Made by a program: the position numbers and the translations under genes
Notes under the pieces: generated by a model
The model's input: the letters and a program-made list of their open reading frames with translations, nothing else
Told to the model about the DNA's origin: nothing
Database searches by the model: none
NCBI GenBank assembly: GCA_051294905.1
Contig: CM119384.1
Span: 4,030,001 to 4,094,000 of the forward strand
Reading direction: 5' to 3'
DNA length: 64,000 nucleotides
Origin: Botryllus schlosseri
Taxonomy: Eukaryota
Part shown: one piece after another, positions 1 to 11,681 of the stretch
Layout of the letters: each line of letters begins with the position of its first letter
How positions within the stretch are numbered: the first letter of the stretch is position 1

Positions 1-957
1 ACTCAGCTATCGCAGCTATCATTACTGTGGATGTACTCAGCTATCGCAGCACCCAGACACCCCCAGACACGAATGGGAACACAGTCCGAAACACCCAAGA
101 CATGATGTTCGAACACCACCCCCTTCCCAGACACGATGTCCAAGTGGCAACACGTTTCGAACACACCCCAGACATTATATCCGAATAGGCTACACCCCAG
201 ACATGATGTCCGAACACATCCTAGACCAGTGGTTCCCAACGTGGGCGATTTGGCGGTCTAGGGGGGCGAAAATGACGAAGTGGGCGATAGGGGGCGAAAA
301 TGGACAAAGGGAGCGACAGGGGGCGAAAATTGCGAAGGGGGCGATAGGGGGGCGATGAAGCGTCAAAACGGCTGACCTTTTTTTTAGTCAACCCACGGAA
401 GGTTGGGAACCACTGTCCTAGACACTTTGTCCGAGCTGCAACACTGTCCGAACACACCGCCAGACACGATGTTCGAGTGGCAACACAGTCTACCAGCTCC
501 GGAGCATGTCAAGATAAAATATAGTGCCAAGATATCAGGTCTGAGGCATGTCGGACATCGTGTCTGGGGTATGTTCCGGCATCATGTCTGGGGTGTGTTC
601 GGACTGCGTTGACAGTCGGACATTGCGTTTGGGGCATGATATTCGGACATCCTGTCTGGGGTGATCAGACATCATTTCTTGGGTGTGTTCGAACTGTGTT
701 GCCACTGGTTATCGTGTCTGGAGGGTGTTCGCACATCATGTCTGGGGTGTGTTTGGACTGTGTTGCCACTCGGACATCGTGTCTGGGGGTGTTCGGACAG
801 CATGTCTGTGGTATGTTTGTACTGTGTTGCCACTCGGACATGGTGTCTGGGTGCTGCGATTGCTGGGTATATCCCAATAGTAGTGATAGCTGCAATAGCT
901 GAGTATATCCACAGTGGCGATAGCTGAGTATATCCACGGGGCCGAAGATCTCATTCC
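1..957. mobile_element. Foldback-type element with long modular inverted arms built of ~24-bp tandem units (left end outside the window)
   Basis: Units like ccccagacacgatgtccgaacaca at ~50-500 recur as the reverse complement (tgtgttcggacatcgtgtctgggg) at ~550-850. Bases 1-60 are the near reverse complement of ~843-905. Confidence 0.6.
227..415. mobile_element. hAT/Charlie-type MITE nested in the foldback arm
   Basis: TIRs cagtggttcccaac / gttgggaaccactg; perfect 8-bp TSD tcctagac (219-226 and 416-423). Confidence 0.9.
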
Positions 958-1490
958 CAGATGTGGTCAGTAACTACGTAATTCTACTTTTGCGGAGTTC
1001 TAAACTAGGTGTTGCCTATATTTGAACTACTTATACCCAAGTGGTTATGTTTTAGACTACTTCCACTCCTGTCGAACAAGTCTTAAGAATAACTATTTAC
1101 TTTTAAGCCTTTAGATTTTGTCAAGTGAAAAGTAGTTTAGGGGTATTTCTGTATCGCCATTATCAGTGAAATTGTGATACCAACTGCGCAAAATATAACG
1201 CGTAACTAAATTTATTTTCGAAGACTGCACCTGTTTGTTGTGTCATTCATATTGCGTCAGTATCAGGCCCAATTTAAAAAACAGTCACATCTGATTAGCC
1301 GCTAAAAGTATGCGACCCTTCGACCAAACCTTCTTTGTTAAACTACTTTTTCGAGTACTTTTCGGACCTTCATTCTTTTCTTCTACTGAAATTAGTTTCG
1401 ACGTATCATGGAAATTGCTCTTCTACTTGTAATCGTAGAAATTTACGACGTCCCTTCTTCTTGATTTCCAAACACTACTTAGACCATCTC
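958..1490. mobile_element. Degenerate hAT-like MITE (cagatgtgg.. terminus, agta/tact-rich)
   Basis: Starts cagatgtggtcagtaact; a similar terminus occurs at ~19825 and ~61085; degraded inverted end actacttagaccatctc. No clean TSD. Confidence 0.3.
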
Positions 1491-1534
1491 CTCCAATTCC
1501 AATATAAATACGTGTTCTCTATTTTCTCAACCAG

Positions 1535-4500
1535 ATGAGAAAAGTGGTCAGCTGCACCCGACCAAACCCGACGTGGTCCTCGAAGCCGACAAGCTCAACA
1601 CCGATGCTACGAAATCACCAGTACGAAAACCGTCCATCCGCAAAAAGAACATATCGAAAACTTCCGGCAAACAAGTCACCTTTGCCGAGCCAGGCGGTTC
1701 CGGGCCAGACGCATCTAGCAAAGGCCCGAGTTCAGATGGCGACGGTGATAATCAGTACGACAGCAACGTATTTTCCTCTAGCGCAACGTTCGAGAGTTAT
1801 CATAACCGTCTCGCAGCCGATCAACCTCAAAGTGACCGTGGCCTTATGTACACAACCAAGGGCTCCACGGCTACAAAGGGTCTTGTCATCAGAAGAAAGG
1901 GTAGTTCCAGGCGAAAGATAACAGCCAAAGAAGATGCAAATAAAGAAGTCACTGATCAAGACGAAGAACCTGTGAAATCAGATGATGAAGTATCCAAGGT
2001 TGACACAACTCAAGACAGTAAAGGACAAATAGAAACGAGTATAACACCAGTGTCAGTTGATGTTGAAGAGAATCAACATGAAGGTAACGCGCTTACATCA
2101 GGCGCCAGTCTTAAATTACCGCATACTGCGGAGAAACCTGACAAGGAAGAAGATGACGACGAGGAGAACGAAGACAAAACGAAGAGGAAGTTTTGGAAGT
2201 TAAAAAGAAAAGGCAGCTCCAGACGAAAGGATGCAGCTAAATCATCAGGTGATTCAAACAGAAGTATTGCTGCAGCCGCCACGCATCAAGAAACAGACAA
2301 CGTTGATTCAGAAGTATCCGTCACTGATACAATCAAAGTAGAAATTGGATCGGCTGTCACCCTTGTTCATATCGAAGAGAAACAAAGTGAGAGTAGCTCG
2401 CTGTCAGTAACCGCTGGTACCGACCCGTCAGTAGCTGAGGATAAAACCGAAGTGGACCAAGATGAAGGTTCGCATACAGAGAAAACAAAGAAGAAGTTTT
2501 GGAAGATCAAAAGGAAAGGCGGATCCAAGAATAAGGCCTCCGAGAAAGGACAGGTTGATTCTGCCCAAGATACCAGATACAGTAAACTATCAACCACTGA
2601 CTCGGGTCTGACCGTAAGCCTTAATGTCACAGAAGAAACTGAACAGACTGTACGCACTGAAACACAAATTGAAGTTGAAAAGAGCATAGATAATGTGGTT
2701 GTGTCAAGTGAAACCACCGAGACCCATGAATTGTTGGCGGGTCTAAACGTTCCACAAGATGATAAGTCATTTACGGAACCGGATGATAAGGCAGATCTCG
2801 ATAAATCGGGGAAAAAGGTTCGCGTGATTAAGAGAAAAGGCAGTTCCAGGAGGAAAATGATGAGCAAGCTAACGGACGATTCTGATCGCGACAGTCTATT
2901 TCGTGCTCCTGAATTCGAAACCGCTCACCAAGTCCATGCAGAAAGCACTGAGTGTGCAACAGAAGAAGAACCTTGTAAAATTGAGTTTGAAGCTACTGAA
3001 TCACATCCGGCGAATTCCGATAATACTTCGACGCATATTGATCACTCAGTAAATACTAAAGAGGCAAGCACTGACGTGATAACTCATGCGTTTGCAGAAG
3101 TTATAACAGAGGTTGGGGAATCTAACACTGAGGAAAAATCTTCCTCACTTCACGACAGTAACTCCCCCAGAAAGGTAGAGGAGCATGAACATCCAGACAA
3201 ACCCGAAGATTCCAAGACATCGCCAACAAATACGCATGGGGAATCTTCTCTGGCAGTGTCAGTTAACTACGAGGAAGCAACATTGAAGCCAAACGCATTT
3301 TTGACATCAGCTCCTAGACACGACGGGCTTGAGTTGGATTGCGAAGACGGTGGGCGGACACCTACAGTTGATAAATCTGGAACTATGGACGGTATGGAAC
3401 TGCTGAAAGAAATAGAAGCGGCTTTACCCGGAGTTACTAAAGAATCGGAAGATCAAGATCATGGCAGCTGTGACGAGGGAACAACCAAAAAGAAAACTGT
3501 CAAAAAAATCAAGGTACAAAAGCACAAGAAACGCAGCTCCGTGGAAGAGGAACAGGCGAGATCTCTGATAGACGAAGTCGCGAGATCGATGGCGGATTCG
3601 CCCGAGAAAACTGGAAAGAAAAAGGTGAAAAAGGTAATCAAGAAAAAATCGGAAGGTCCGGACGACAGTCCTGGATGTATGGATGAGGATCGGGAAGACG
3701 GGGAATGTGGAGAATCCCCGGAAAGGGGCCGCAGAAAAGTGGTGAAAAAGGTCGTCAAAAAGATAAAGGAAGATTTTGACGACGATGACATGGATCGCGA
3801 AGATGGAAAATGCGAAGACTCTCCGGAAAAGGGACGGAAGAAAGTGCTAAAAAAGGTCGTCAAAAAGATAAAGGTAGATTTTGAGGATGGTGAAGAGGAT
3901 CGCGAAAGTGGAAACTGCGAAAAATCGCCCGAAAAGGGGCGGAAGAAAGTGGTGAAAAAGGTCGTTAAAAAGATTAAGGTTGATTTGGCAGATGGTAACG
4001 AGTCACCCGAGCATCACGAAGATTGCGACCCCGAAGACGAAAAATTCAGAAGGTCAAGAAGAGAGGGAAGGGATCGTAGTCCTGGATGTAGTGACGGGGA
4101 GGGGGAAGACGGAACGTCCCAGGAAAAAGGGCGCAGAAAAGTCGTTAAAAAGGTCGTTAAAAAGATAAAGGTAGATGTTGGGGATGGTCACGATTCACCC
4201 GGGCATCATGAAGATTGCGACCCCGAAGGCGATAAATTCAAAAGGTCAAGAAGAGAGGGAAGGGACCACAGTCCCGGATGTGAAGAAGAGGATGAAGAAT
4301 GCGGAAAATCCCCGGAAAAAGGCCGCAGAAAAGTCGTGAAGAAGGTTGTGAAAAAGATAAAGGTAGATGGTGAGGATGGTCACGATTCACCCGGCCATCA
4401 CGAAGATTGTGATCCAGAAGACGAGAAATTCAGAAGGCCAGGAAGAGAAGGAAGGGATCAAAGTCCAGGAGGATGCAGAGACGGAGAGGAAGAAGACGGA

Positions 4501-4833
4501 AAATCCCCAGAAAAATTCCGGAAGAAAGTGGTGAAAAAGGTAGTCAGAAAGAAAAAGACAGATGGCGAGGAGGATTGTCACGAGTCACCCGATCATGATG
4601 AAAACTGCGATCCCGAAGACGAAAAATGCGGAGAATCGCCCGAAAAGGGCCGGAAGAAAGTGGTGAAAAAGGCCGTTAAAAAGATAAAGGCAGACGATGA
4701 GGACGATTGTCACGACTCGCCCGAGCACGACGAAAATTGCGAACCTGAAAGTCGCGAAGGGTTTCGGGCGTCCAGAAGAAAAACGGTCCGCAAAAAAGGG
4801 GCGAGGCGGCCACCTCCCCCGCCGGAGCATTAG
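1535..4833 (+). CDS. Terminal coding exon (~1099 codons, phase-1 acceptor) of an upstream gene; acidic low-complexity protein with polybasic repeats; family unknown
   Basis: Open frame from polypyrimidine acceptor ttctcaaccag|AT (AG 1533-34) to TAG 4831-33. The track's GTG start at 1573 is internal. AT-rich 3'UTR-like sequence with AATAAA follows. Confidence 0.85.
3595..4730 (+). repeat. Coding tandem repeat: SPEKGR(R/K)KVVKKVVKKIK modules with acidic His/Cys spacers
   Basis: Seven near-canonical copies plus one variant are readable in the translation. Confidence 0.9.
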
Positions 4834-6141
4834 AGCTTAATATTCGACAAAGTGTGTAAATAATAGTGCGGGTTGTAAGATGGGAAATAGCGTAAATCCG
4901 ATATTCTGCTCAATGAAAACATCGGCGTTGGATACAGATGTGGTTAAATTATTCAGCGTCGCTCCAACAGAAGTAGACGTAACGCTGTGACTTTCCACTC
5001 GATTAGAAGTAAATGTAGTGATTACCAAGACGCCTCGAAAGTATTCCAAGTGGAAGTAAAAAACGAAAGGTCAGTAAAGTATATTCAAATAAGCAGTTTC
5101 GGAAAGTAGATTTTGAGGTGGGGTCACCTACTTTTAGCCACTTTCGAAATTGCAAGATGTATCGCGGCGTTTTACGCAAAATGATTAATAACACCACAGA
5201 TAAGTGAAGTGATCGAAAAGTGTATTTCGATACCGTCATACAGGGGTTATGACGAACTTATCCTCAAACCATTTTATTTTTTAAAAGCTTACACTTTCGG
5301 CGTTTAAATGCGGAGCTGCTTTCCCACGGTTCCCGGGCTAGGTTTGCGCAAAATATGTTTGATTGCGAACGATCGAAGGCCACGCAAAAATCCCGAAATA
5401 CTTGGGTCATGAATATGATACATAATTTTCAATTTCAATTGCGAGGAACCGTGTACTGTCACGTTGCTCTTACACTGTTGTTCCATCACTTGAATTCTAT
5501 ATGATGTGTCCTGCTGTGAGTTGGTAAATAAATGCCTCTTTTTCCATCTTAACGTTACTAGATTATCCCAAGTATTCAATTGTGTGTGAAAAAGAAATGT
5601 GTGAATGCAATATGACCGGCCTGTGGCGCTACTGAAGTGATATTGTCGTGTCACTGTTTTTGCCTTTATGGCACCTGTATATTATGGCAATATGAACATG
5701 ATTACATGAGATACATAATTATGATTTATCAGTGTCGACTCCCTATTACGCTGCCATGTATTATAGTTGGGAGAGCTTCTTCAAAAATATTGTATTTTCT
5801 GTATGTTGTATGTTTTAAAGATCCCTACTGTATATCTGAATGACTCAATTTTATGATATATTCAGATTATGAGCCTTTGCACCCAGCATGCTAGAATATG
5901 GACATAGTTTTTATTCGTACATTCTATAGAATTATTATTCGTTGTGATGAGCCCTTGTGAGAAATGTGAGGTTTTGCATTTTGAGATTAATCTTGTATGA
6001 GATCGCACTCATTACTTTATTTCTTTGTGTTATGGGTTAATGTGTCAGAGTCATTTATCAATTCGTTAGATTTACAGCTTGTGGAAGTACAAGTCTCTAA
6101 CGTAGCTGATCAATTAATGTTTCAAATTTACAAAGCTAGTT

Positions 6142-6147
6142 AATAAA
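6142..6147 (+). terminator. Candidate polyadenylation signal of the upstream gene (alternative at 5527-5532)
   Basis: AATAAA downstream of the stop, just before repeat-rich DNA begins. Usage is unverified. Confidence 0.35.
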
Positions 6148-6264
6148 GACAAATTCGATCACAGAATCGTGTGCCAGTTGAAATGTGATTCTATTGCCGC
6201 ATTGGATACGACCTGCTGGCCCTATTGGCTACCGAGATATATTGGTAGCGTTAGCTGTCTAGAT

Positions 6265-6967
6265 CAGTGGTTCTCAACCGCCGGTCCGCGAGGTATATTA
6301 CAATTTTATACCTTTATTTCAAGATGCAATATATGGAAGGCTTGGCAATTGATTAAATAAATTAAATATCAAATTTTAAACTCATTCAGAACTTCGTGAA
6401 GTAACATTAGGTCTGGAAACATGTTCGATTTGAGTTCAAGCCGTGTCATTTGACGACATGGGAGCGAAAACTACGATATGACTCGCTAATCCGCGCAGTT
6501 TGCGCAATCATTCGTTTTGGATTCATTCATTTTGTGAAGCCCGAGTTGCCTACGTCTGGTGGTAGTGGGCAATGTGTAAGGAAGCACGACAAGGTGATTG
6601 GTTCGACTCCGAAACGCTTGTTCTCCCGATATTACCGTCGATTTAGAATGGTGGTTAAATCCATGGCCTTCAGCGCGAAAGACTGTAAATAACTCTCGGC
6701 GCTAGCACGTTTATCTGAGCATGGCAATTTTACCTCGACTCAGCAGACTCGCTGCGGTAAATTCACATGAATGCCTTCATGAACATAATCAATTACGATA
6801 AAAATCCTAAACATGTCTCTCTCTCTCTAGCTAGCACCATATACTTGCAAAAATCGGTTGCATCCTTCACTTTTTCTATTGATTTCTATTTTTGAAAGTC
6901 CACCGGTCCGGCAACTATTTTTTGAAATTTTACCGGTCCGCAAGGTGAAAAAGGTTGAGAACCACTG
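6265..6967. mobile_element. hAT/Charlie-type MITE
   Basis: TIRs cagtggttctcaacc / ggttgagaaccactg; perfect TSD gtctagat on both sides; subterminal accggtccg repeats. Confidence 0.9.
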
Positions 6968-7580
6968 GTCTAGATAGCACACGGGCAGTGAGCCGGGGCG
7001 AAAAATAACTTGCCCTTTAGGAATTAAGATGATATATCATATGAGTTCACACGCTTTTCTTGGCCGAAAAAGGATGGGGTTCTTGTAATGCGGTCGTGTG
7101 CGCTTGCAGGTGTAGACGCGTATGCTTGTCTAACGATAACTGGCCCCCATTTCATCCACGCCGTACCTGCAGTCATGCGTCGTTGTTAGAAAGTTCAGTG
7201 CCAGCAAAAAAAACTATACATCCAAAACCTGGATAAGTTCGTAACTTATTGTTTCTGACTGAAGCGTCGCGACACCACAACGTTTCCACTACACGTTATA
7301 TAAGTGGGGCGATTTTATTTTGACCTAAAAACGGAAGATTTTGAACTAACAAAATGACGTTTTGGACCTTAATCTTGACCTAACGTATGCAAATTAAGTG
7401 TTTTCCTTGTTAGAATTGTACTACTTATCTTCATTTCTGGTTGGAACTGTCTGTCCTTACGAAGTAGTTGGGCCTGAACTTTTACATGAAAAACTTTCTC
7501 GGGTAGAAAGTGTCTGTCCTTACTTAGTAGCTTGCCAAGAATGGAGAAAGAACGTTCAACAGCAGCAGTTGTTGGCTGAC

Positions 7581-7700
7581 TAGGGCGGTAAATTTCACCA
7601 CCGACTCCAGACATTTTCAATATATCGACTCCGACTCCCGAGTCTTTAAACTTACCAACTCCGACTATTTTCGTAAGAGAACTCCGACTCCAACAGTGTT
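7581..7700. repeat. Fragment of a gactccgactcc-rich MITE family (related fragment ~21320-21450)
   Basis: Starts tagggcgg; repeated ccgactcc motifs. Confidence 0.35.
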
Positions 7701-7925
7701 ACCAATTTACCTCGATAATTATATGCCACGACGCTCAAATAACTATCATATAACTTTTGAACACATGCAAACATATATGATTAACGATGGCATGCAAAAT
7801 TGTTTCATTGTGGCACAGCTCGAATTATTCACTATGTAATTAACATGAAAGAATGCCTTTCTTAATACCCTTCATTTTTCATATTTTATAAGTTTTTATA
7901 ACGTGGACTCTCTAATATCCTAATA

Positions 7926-8331
7926 TAGGGTTACCATACGTCCTCTTTTAAGAGGATTTGTCCTCTTTTTTGGCTTTTTTGAAAGTGTCCTCGGAGGACG
8001 CCCTTCTGTCCTCTTTTTTGAGATTTTGTCCTCTTTTTTGAAAATTTAGGTCAGATTTAGAGCAAATTGCGAGTGATATGCCGTAAATTAGCACATAACT
8101 GGCGCTGCGGCGGGTATTTCGGAGTGAAAAACGGTTATTTTAGATCTGGGCAGAAAGATGACCTTTTTTTTTAGTCATCCACCTAGCAATGCGGGAAGAA
8201 AAGCGGCATTTTGAGCTCTGAGCGGGAAAGATGACCTTTCACCGGTTTTTGAGAATTCTTCTCCGGTTTTGCAAGTCTCAAATTTCTGAAAAAGTGTCCT
8301 CTTTTTAGGTTTTCAAAATATGGTAAGCCTA
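7926..8331. mobile_element. hAT-type MITE (tagggttaccata family), copy 1 of tandem pair
   Basis: TIRs tagggttaccata / tatggtaagccta; subterminal gtcctc repeats. Confidence 0.85.
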
Positions 8332-8333
8332 CG

Positions 8334-8701
8334 TAGGCTTACCATACGTCATCTTTTAAGAGGATTTTTCCTCTTTTTTGACTTTTTTGAAAGTGTCCTC
8401 GGAGGACGGCCTTTTGTCCTCTTTTTTGAGATTTTGTCCTCTTTTTTGAAAATTTAGGTCAGATTTAGAGCAAATTGCGAGTGATATGCCGTAAATTAGT
8501 CCAGAAGTGACGCTCCGGAGGGTATTTCGGAGCGAAAAACGCTATATTGAGCTCCGAGCGGAAAGATGACCTTTTTTTTTAGTCAACCGGTCACAAAGTG
8601 GGAAAAATTCACCGGTTTTTGAGAATTCTACTCCAGTTTTGCAAGTCTCAAATTTCTGAAAAAGTGTCCTCTTTTTAGATTTCCAAAATATGGTAAGCCT
8701 A
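8334..8701. mobile_element. hAT-type MITE, copy 2 of tandem pair
   Basis: TIRs taggcttaccata / tatggtaagccta; collinear with 7926-8331. Confidence 0.85.
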
Positions 8702-9049
8702 AGTAAAGTAACCACACTATTGGGATTTGGTCTATTGGTACTGGCACTTAAAAATGCGACCAAAAACTGCTTAAAGTGAGGAAAATTATTATTTTATAAA
8801 CGCGAACCGCTCAATAACACCAAGTAAAGTCAGTTTAGCAAGATTACAACTGGAAACCGAGCAGTCAACACAATGACTATAGGACTAGGACTCGGACTCG
8901 AGTCATAATACCATGACTCGGACTCGACCCTCTGCTCGCTGACTTGGACTAGGATTTGACTCGGTGTTGAGTTGAAAATGACTCGAGTCAAAATTATAAA
9001 AGTGAGGTTGAGTTGTGACTCGGAGCCTCGTGACTTGGTTACAACCCTG
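8702..9049. mobile_element. 5'-truncated gactcgagtc-rich hAT-like MITE
   Basis: Ends gacttggttacaaccctg and aligns by eye with the fuller copy at 61177-61639. Confidence 0.7.
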
Positions 9050-9552
9050 AGCCAGGCATAGTAGCTTATAACGTACTAGGAGCGCTCTCGTGACACGATG
9101 CTTCTTTAAAGAACTATAAGCTTTACGAACTTTTGCAGACTTTTGATATAAAGATTTTTTGGCCGGCACTATATAGGTATAGATGCCCACGCTCATTGTC
9201 CATGCGTCCCATAAATTATTGAATTTAGAGTTGGCTAACCTGAGTAGACGTTATATCGAAAGTAAGACATTTATTGCGTTACTGCTGTAGTGTATACAGA
9301 TGTAGTCATAGTAGTCAGTATGTTGCTACTCTAGTAGATGTAATGCCGGGAATTTATACTCGAATAGAAGTGATAGTTTCCAGATCATGTATTTATCATA
9401 TAAGAAACTTACGAACAGATGCCAAGATATTGGAAATCTTATTTTATCATTTACAAAACCACAAAGGTGTGAATAGCAAGCTGAGTGAAAGTTGTCTAAA
9501 ACATAGCCAATTGATTTCATTTAATTCGGTCCGAATAATTTACCTTCCTCTT

Positions 9553-10800
9553 GTGCAGACTTGGACAACTAGAAAATTTTCAGCTTGTCCAAATTAGATT
9601 AGAATTAGAAGTAGATGCCCACAGTGTTTCCCAAATTAGATTAGAATTAGAATTACTGAATTCGCAAAAACTTGGAAATTTAATGGAATTGTCAATTAGA
9701 AATAAATACAGCAAAAATCAAGTTCAGTTCATATCAAATTGCAGTGCATTCTAATAAGCATGAGAATGGTTACCGTTTGTACACCAAGCTTGGCACGCCT
9801 TGCCTTATAGGCCAACCAGGGGTCTCCAGCAGATGGGGCCGGCGATCTGATCTGTGATTTTGGAAGAACGCGAACTAAGCATTTTTATATGATGAAATAG
9901 ATTTCAGCTAAAAATTATAACTTGTTATTGTTTCAAAATAAGCTATTCGCCCGTGCCCAACATCACTATTCCTCACTAGCTGGAACGGCTGCGGCGATGG
10001 CTACAAGATACTATGCCTAGGGTTACCAGATTTTGGAATCGGGGAAGGAGTACACTTTGTCAAAATTTTCAAACTTAGAATACCGGTGGGAAATCCTGAA
10101 AAATCAGTCCCAATTTTTCCCACATTTTACCTTCACTTTATTAGGTGACTGACTAAAAAAAAACAGGTCAACTTTCTCGCTCGGCGCCGAAAATACTGTT
10201 CTTTCCTTCACTTTATCAGGTGGTTGACTAAAAAAAACGCAAACTTTCGCTCAGCTTCCGTAATACCCGCCAGTCCCGCCCGAGCGTCAGTTCAGTGCTA
10301 TTTTACGGTATCTCGGTCGAATTTTGCCCTGTGTTTAACCCAAAATTCTAAGAAAAGAGGACAAAATCTCAAAAATAAGGACATTTAGGCGTCCTCGGAG
10401 GACATTTTTAAAAACCCGAAAAAGTAGGACAAATCCTCCTAAAGGAGGACGTATGGTAATTGGTAACCCTAACTATGCCACTTGCCAGCATAGTTGTTAT
10501 TCGTCACAATGACTACTATGACTGTGCGGTATAAGTAATGCGATGGCGGCTTGGCACTGGATTTCCCTGAGCGAGAGGGATATCCTTGTTAACTCGGTTC
10601 AAAATGCCGCGGGCATTTTCAGGAAAACAATAAATTAGATTAGAACTAAAATTAGAGTTTAGAAGCATTTAACAAACTAAATTAGAACTAGTATTAGAGT
10701 ACATGAACATTTCACAAATTAGATTAGAATAAGATTACTTGCATTTCGCTCTAATTTCGTGAAATTAGACAACTAGAATTACCTAGTTATTCAAGTCTGC
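9553..10800. mobile_element. TIR element with attagaatt subterminal repeats, carrying a nested MITE
   Basis: Ends gcagacttggacaactag / ctagttattcaagtctgc; an inverted relative lies at 11682-12152. Confidence 0.6.
10018..10471. mobile_element. hAT-type MITE (tagggttacc family, opposite orientation to 7926-8701)
   Basis: TIRs tagggttacca / tggtaacccta; perfect TSD actatgcc. Confidence 0.9.
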
Positions 10801-11043
10801 TCTTCTGTGGTCAAACCATCTCCCTAACAACAACTGCGTCCAGCTATTACTAAATAACCAAGCGTCAATAACACGTCACAATGTTTATAGTCCCCCCTCG
10901 CAAGCGGCCCACTCTATATGCTTTGTTTTGCTTAACTGGATAAATCACGATGGCACGCAATGCTACAGATGTTTTCCGATCGATGTGCAAAATTTGTGCG
11001 CACTAATTCCGCCGGTGACGCCTACAACGTATAATCAGGACAG

Positions 11044-11670
11044 TAGGGGTGTTAAAAATGACTTTTTTTCTCAAATTGTACTGGCTACTTCATAAATTTG
11101 TTAGGTTACCTAATTTAAGCCTACACACAAAATTTGGTTCAATTCCAACCAGCAACCGCACTGCTACAGGAGAATAAAGTTTCTATTTATTATATAAAAA
11201 TTATTGAAAAAAAAATTTCAAAATTTTCTGTTCACTCCTTGAAAGTGTTAGGTTGTCTATAGAAACGATGTTCAGCAAATTTGACCGATTTCCAACCAGT
11301 GGAAGCGGAGTCATTGCCGTCGAAAAATTTAGATTCGAATAAAATAGTATTACGGTGACTACTATAATAAATAATTAAAGAATTGGCCACCGTAAATACT
11401 ATTTTATTCAAATCCAAAAATTTTCGACGGCGATAACTCCGCTTCCACTGGTTGGAATTGAGTCAAACTTGGTGAAATTCGTTTCTATGGACTTAACACC
11501 TTCATGGGGTGAAGAGAAAATTTTGAAATTTTTTTTCATCAATTTTTATATGCTGAATAGAAACTTTCTTCTTCTGTAGCAATGCGGTTACTGGTTGGAA
11601 TTAACCAAATTTGGTGTGTAGGCTTAAATTAGATAACCTAACAATTTTATCAAGTAGCCAGTACAATTTG
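11044..11670. mobile_element. Foldback/MITE with ~300-bp inverted arms and ~30-bp spacer
   Basis: 11044-11357 is the near reverse complement of 11388-11670 (right tip missing); family members at 44099-44447 and 63608-63912. Confidence 0.85.
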
Positions 11671-11681
11671 CATGTCTCTCA

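Noticed and set aside
50-860. CRISPR-like repeat/spacer appearance
   Set aside because: Intervening segments are themselves repeated, the array flips orientation at its centre, no cas genes are present and the context is eukaryotic.
3-954. Eight short ORFs in the track
   Set aside because: They are translations of the minisatellite arms and MITE.
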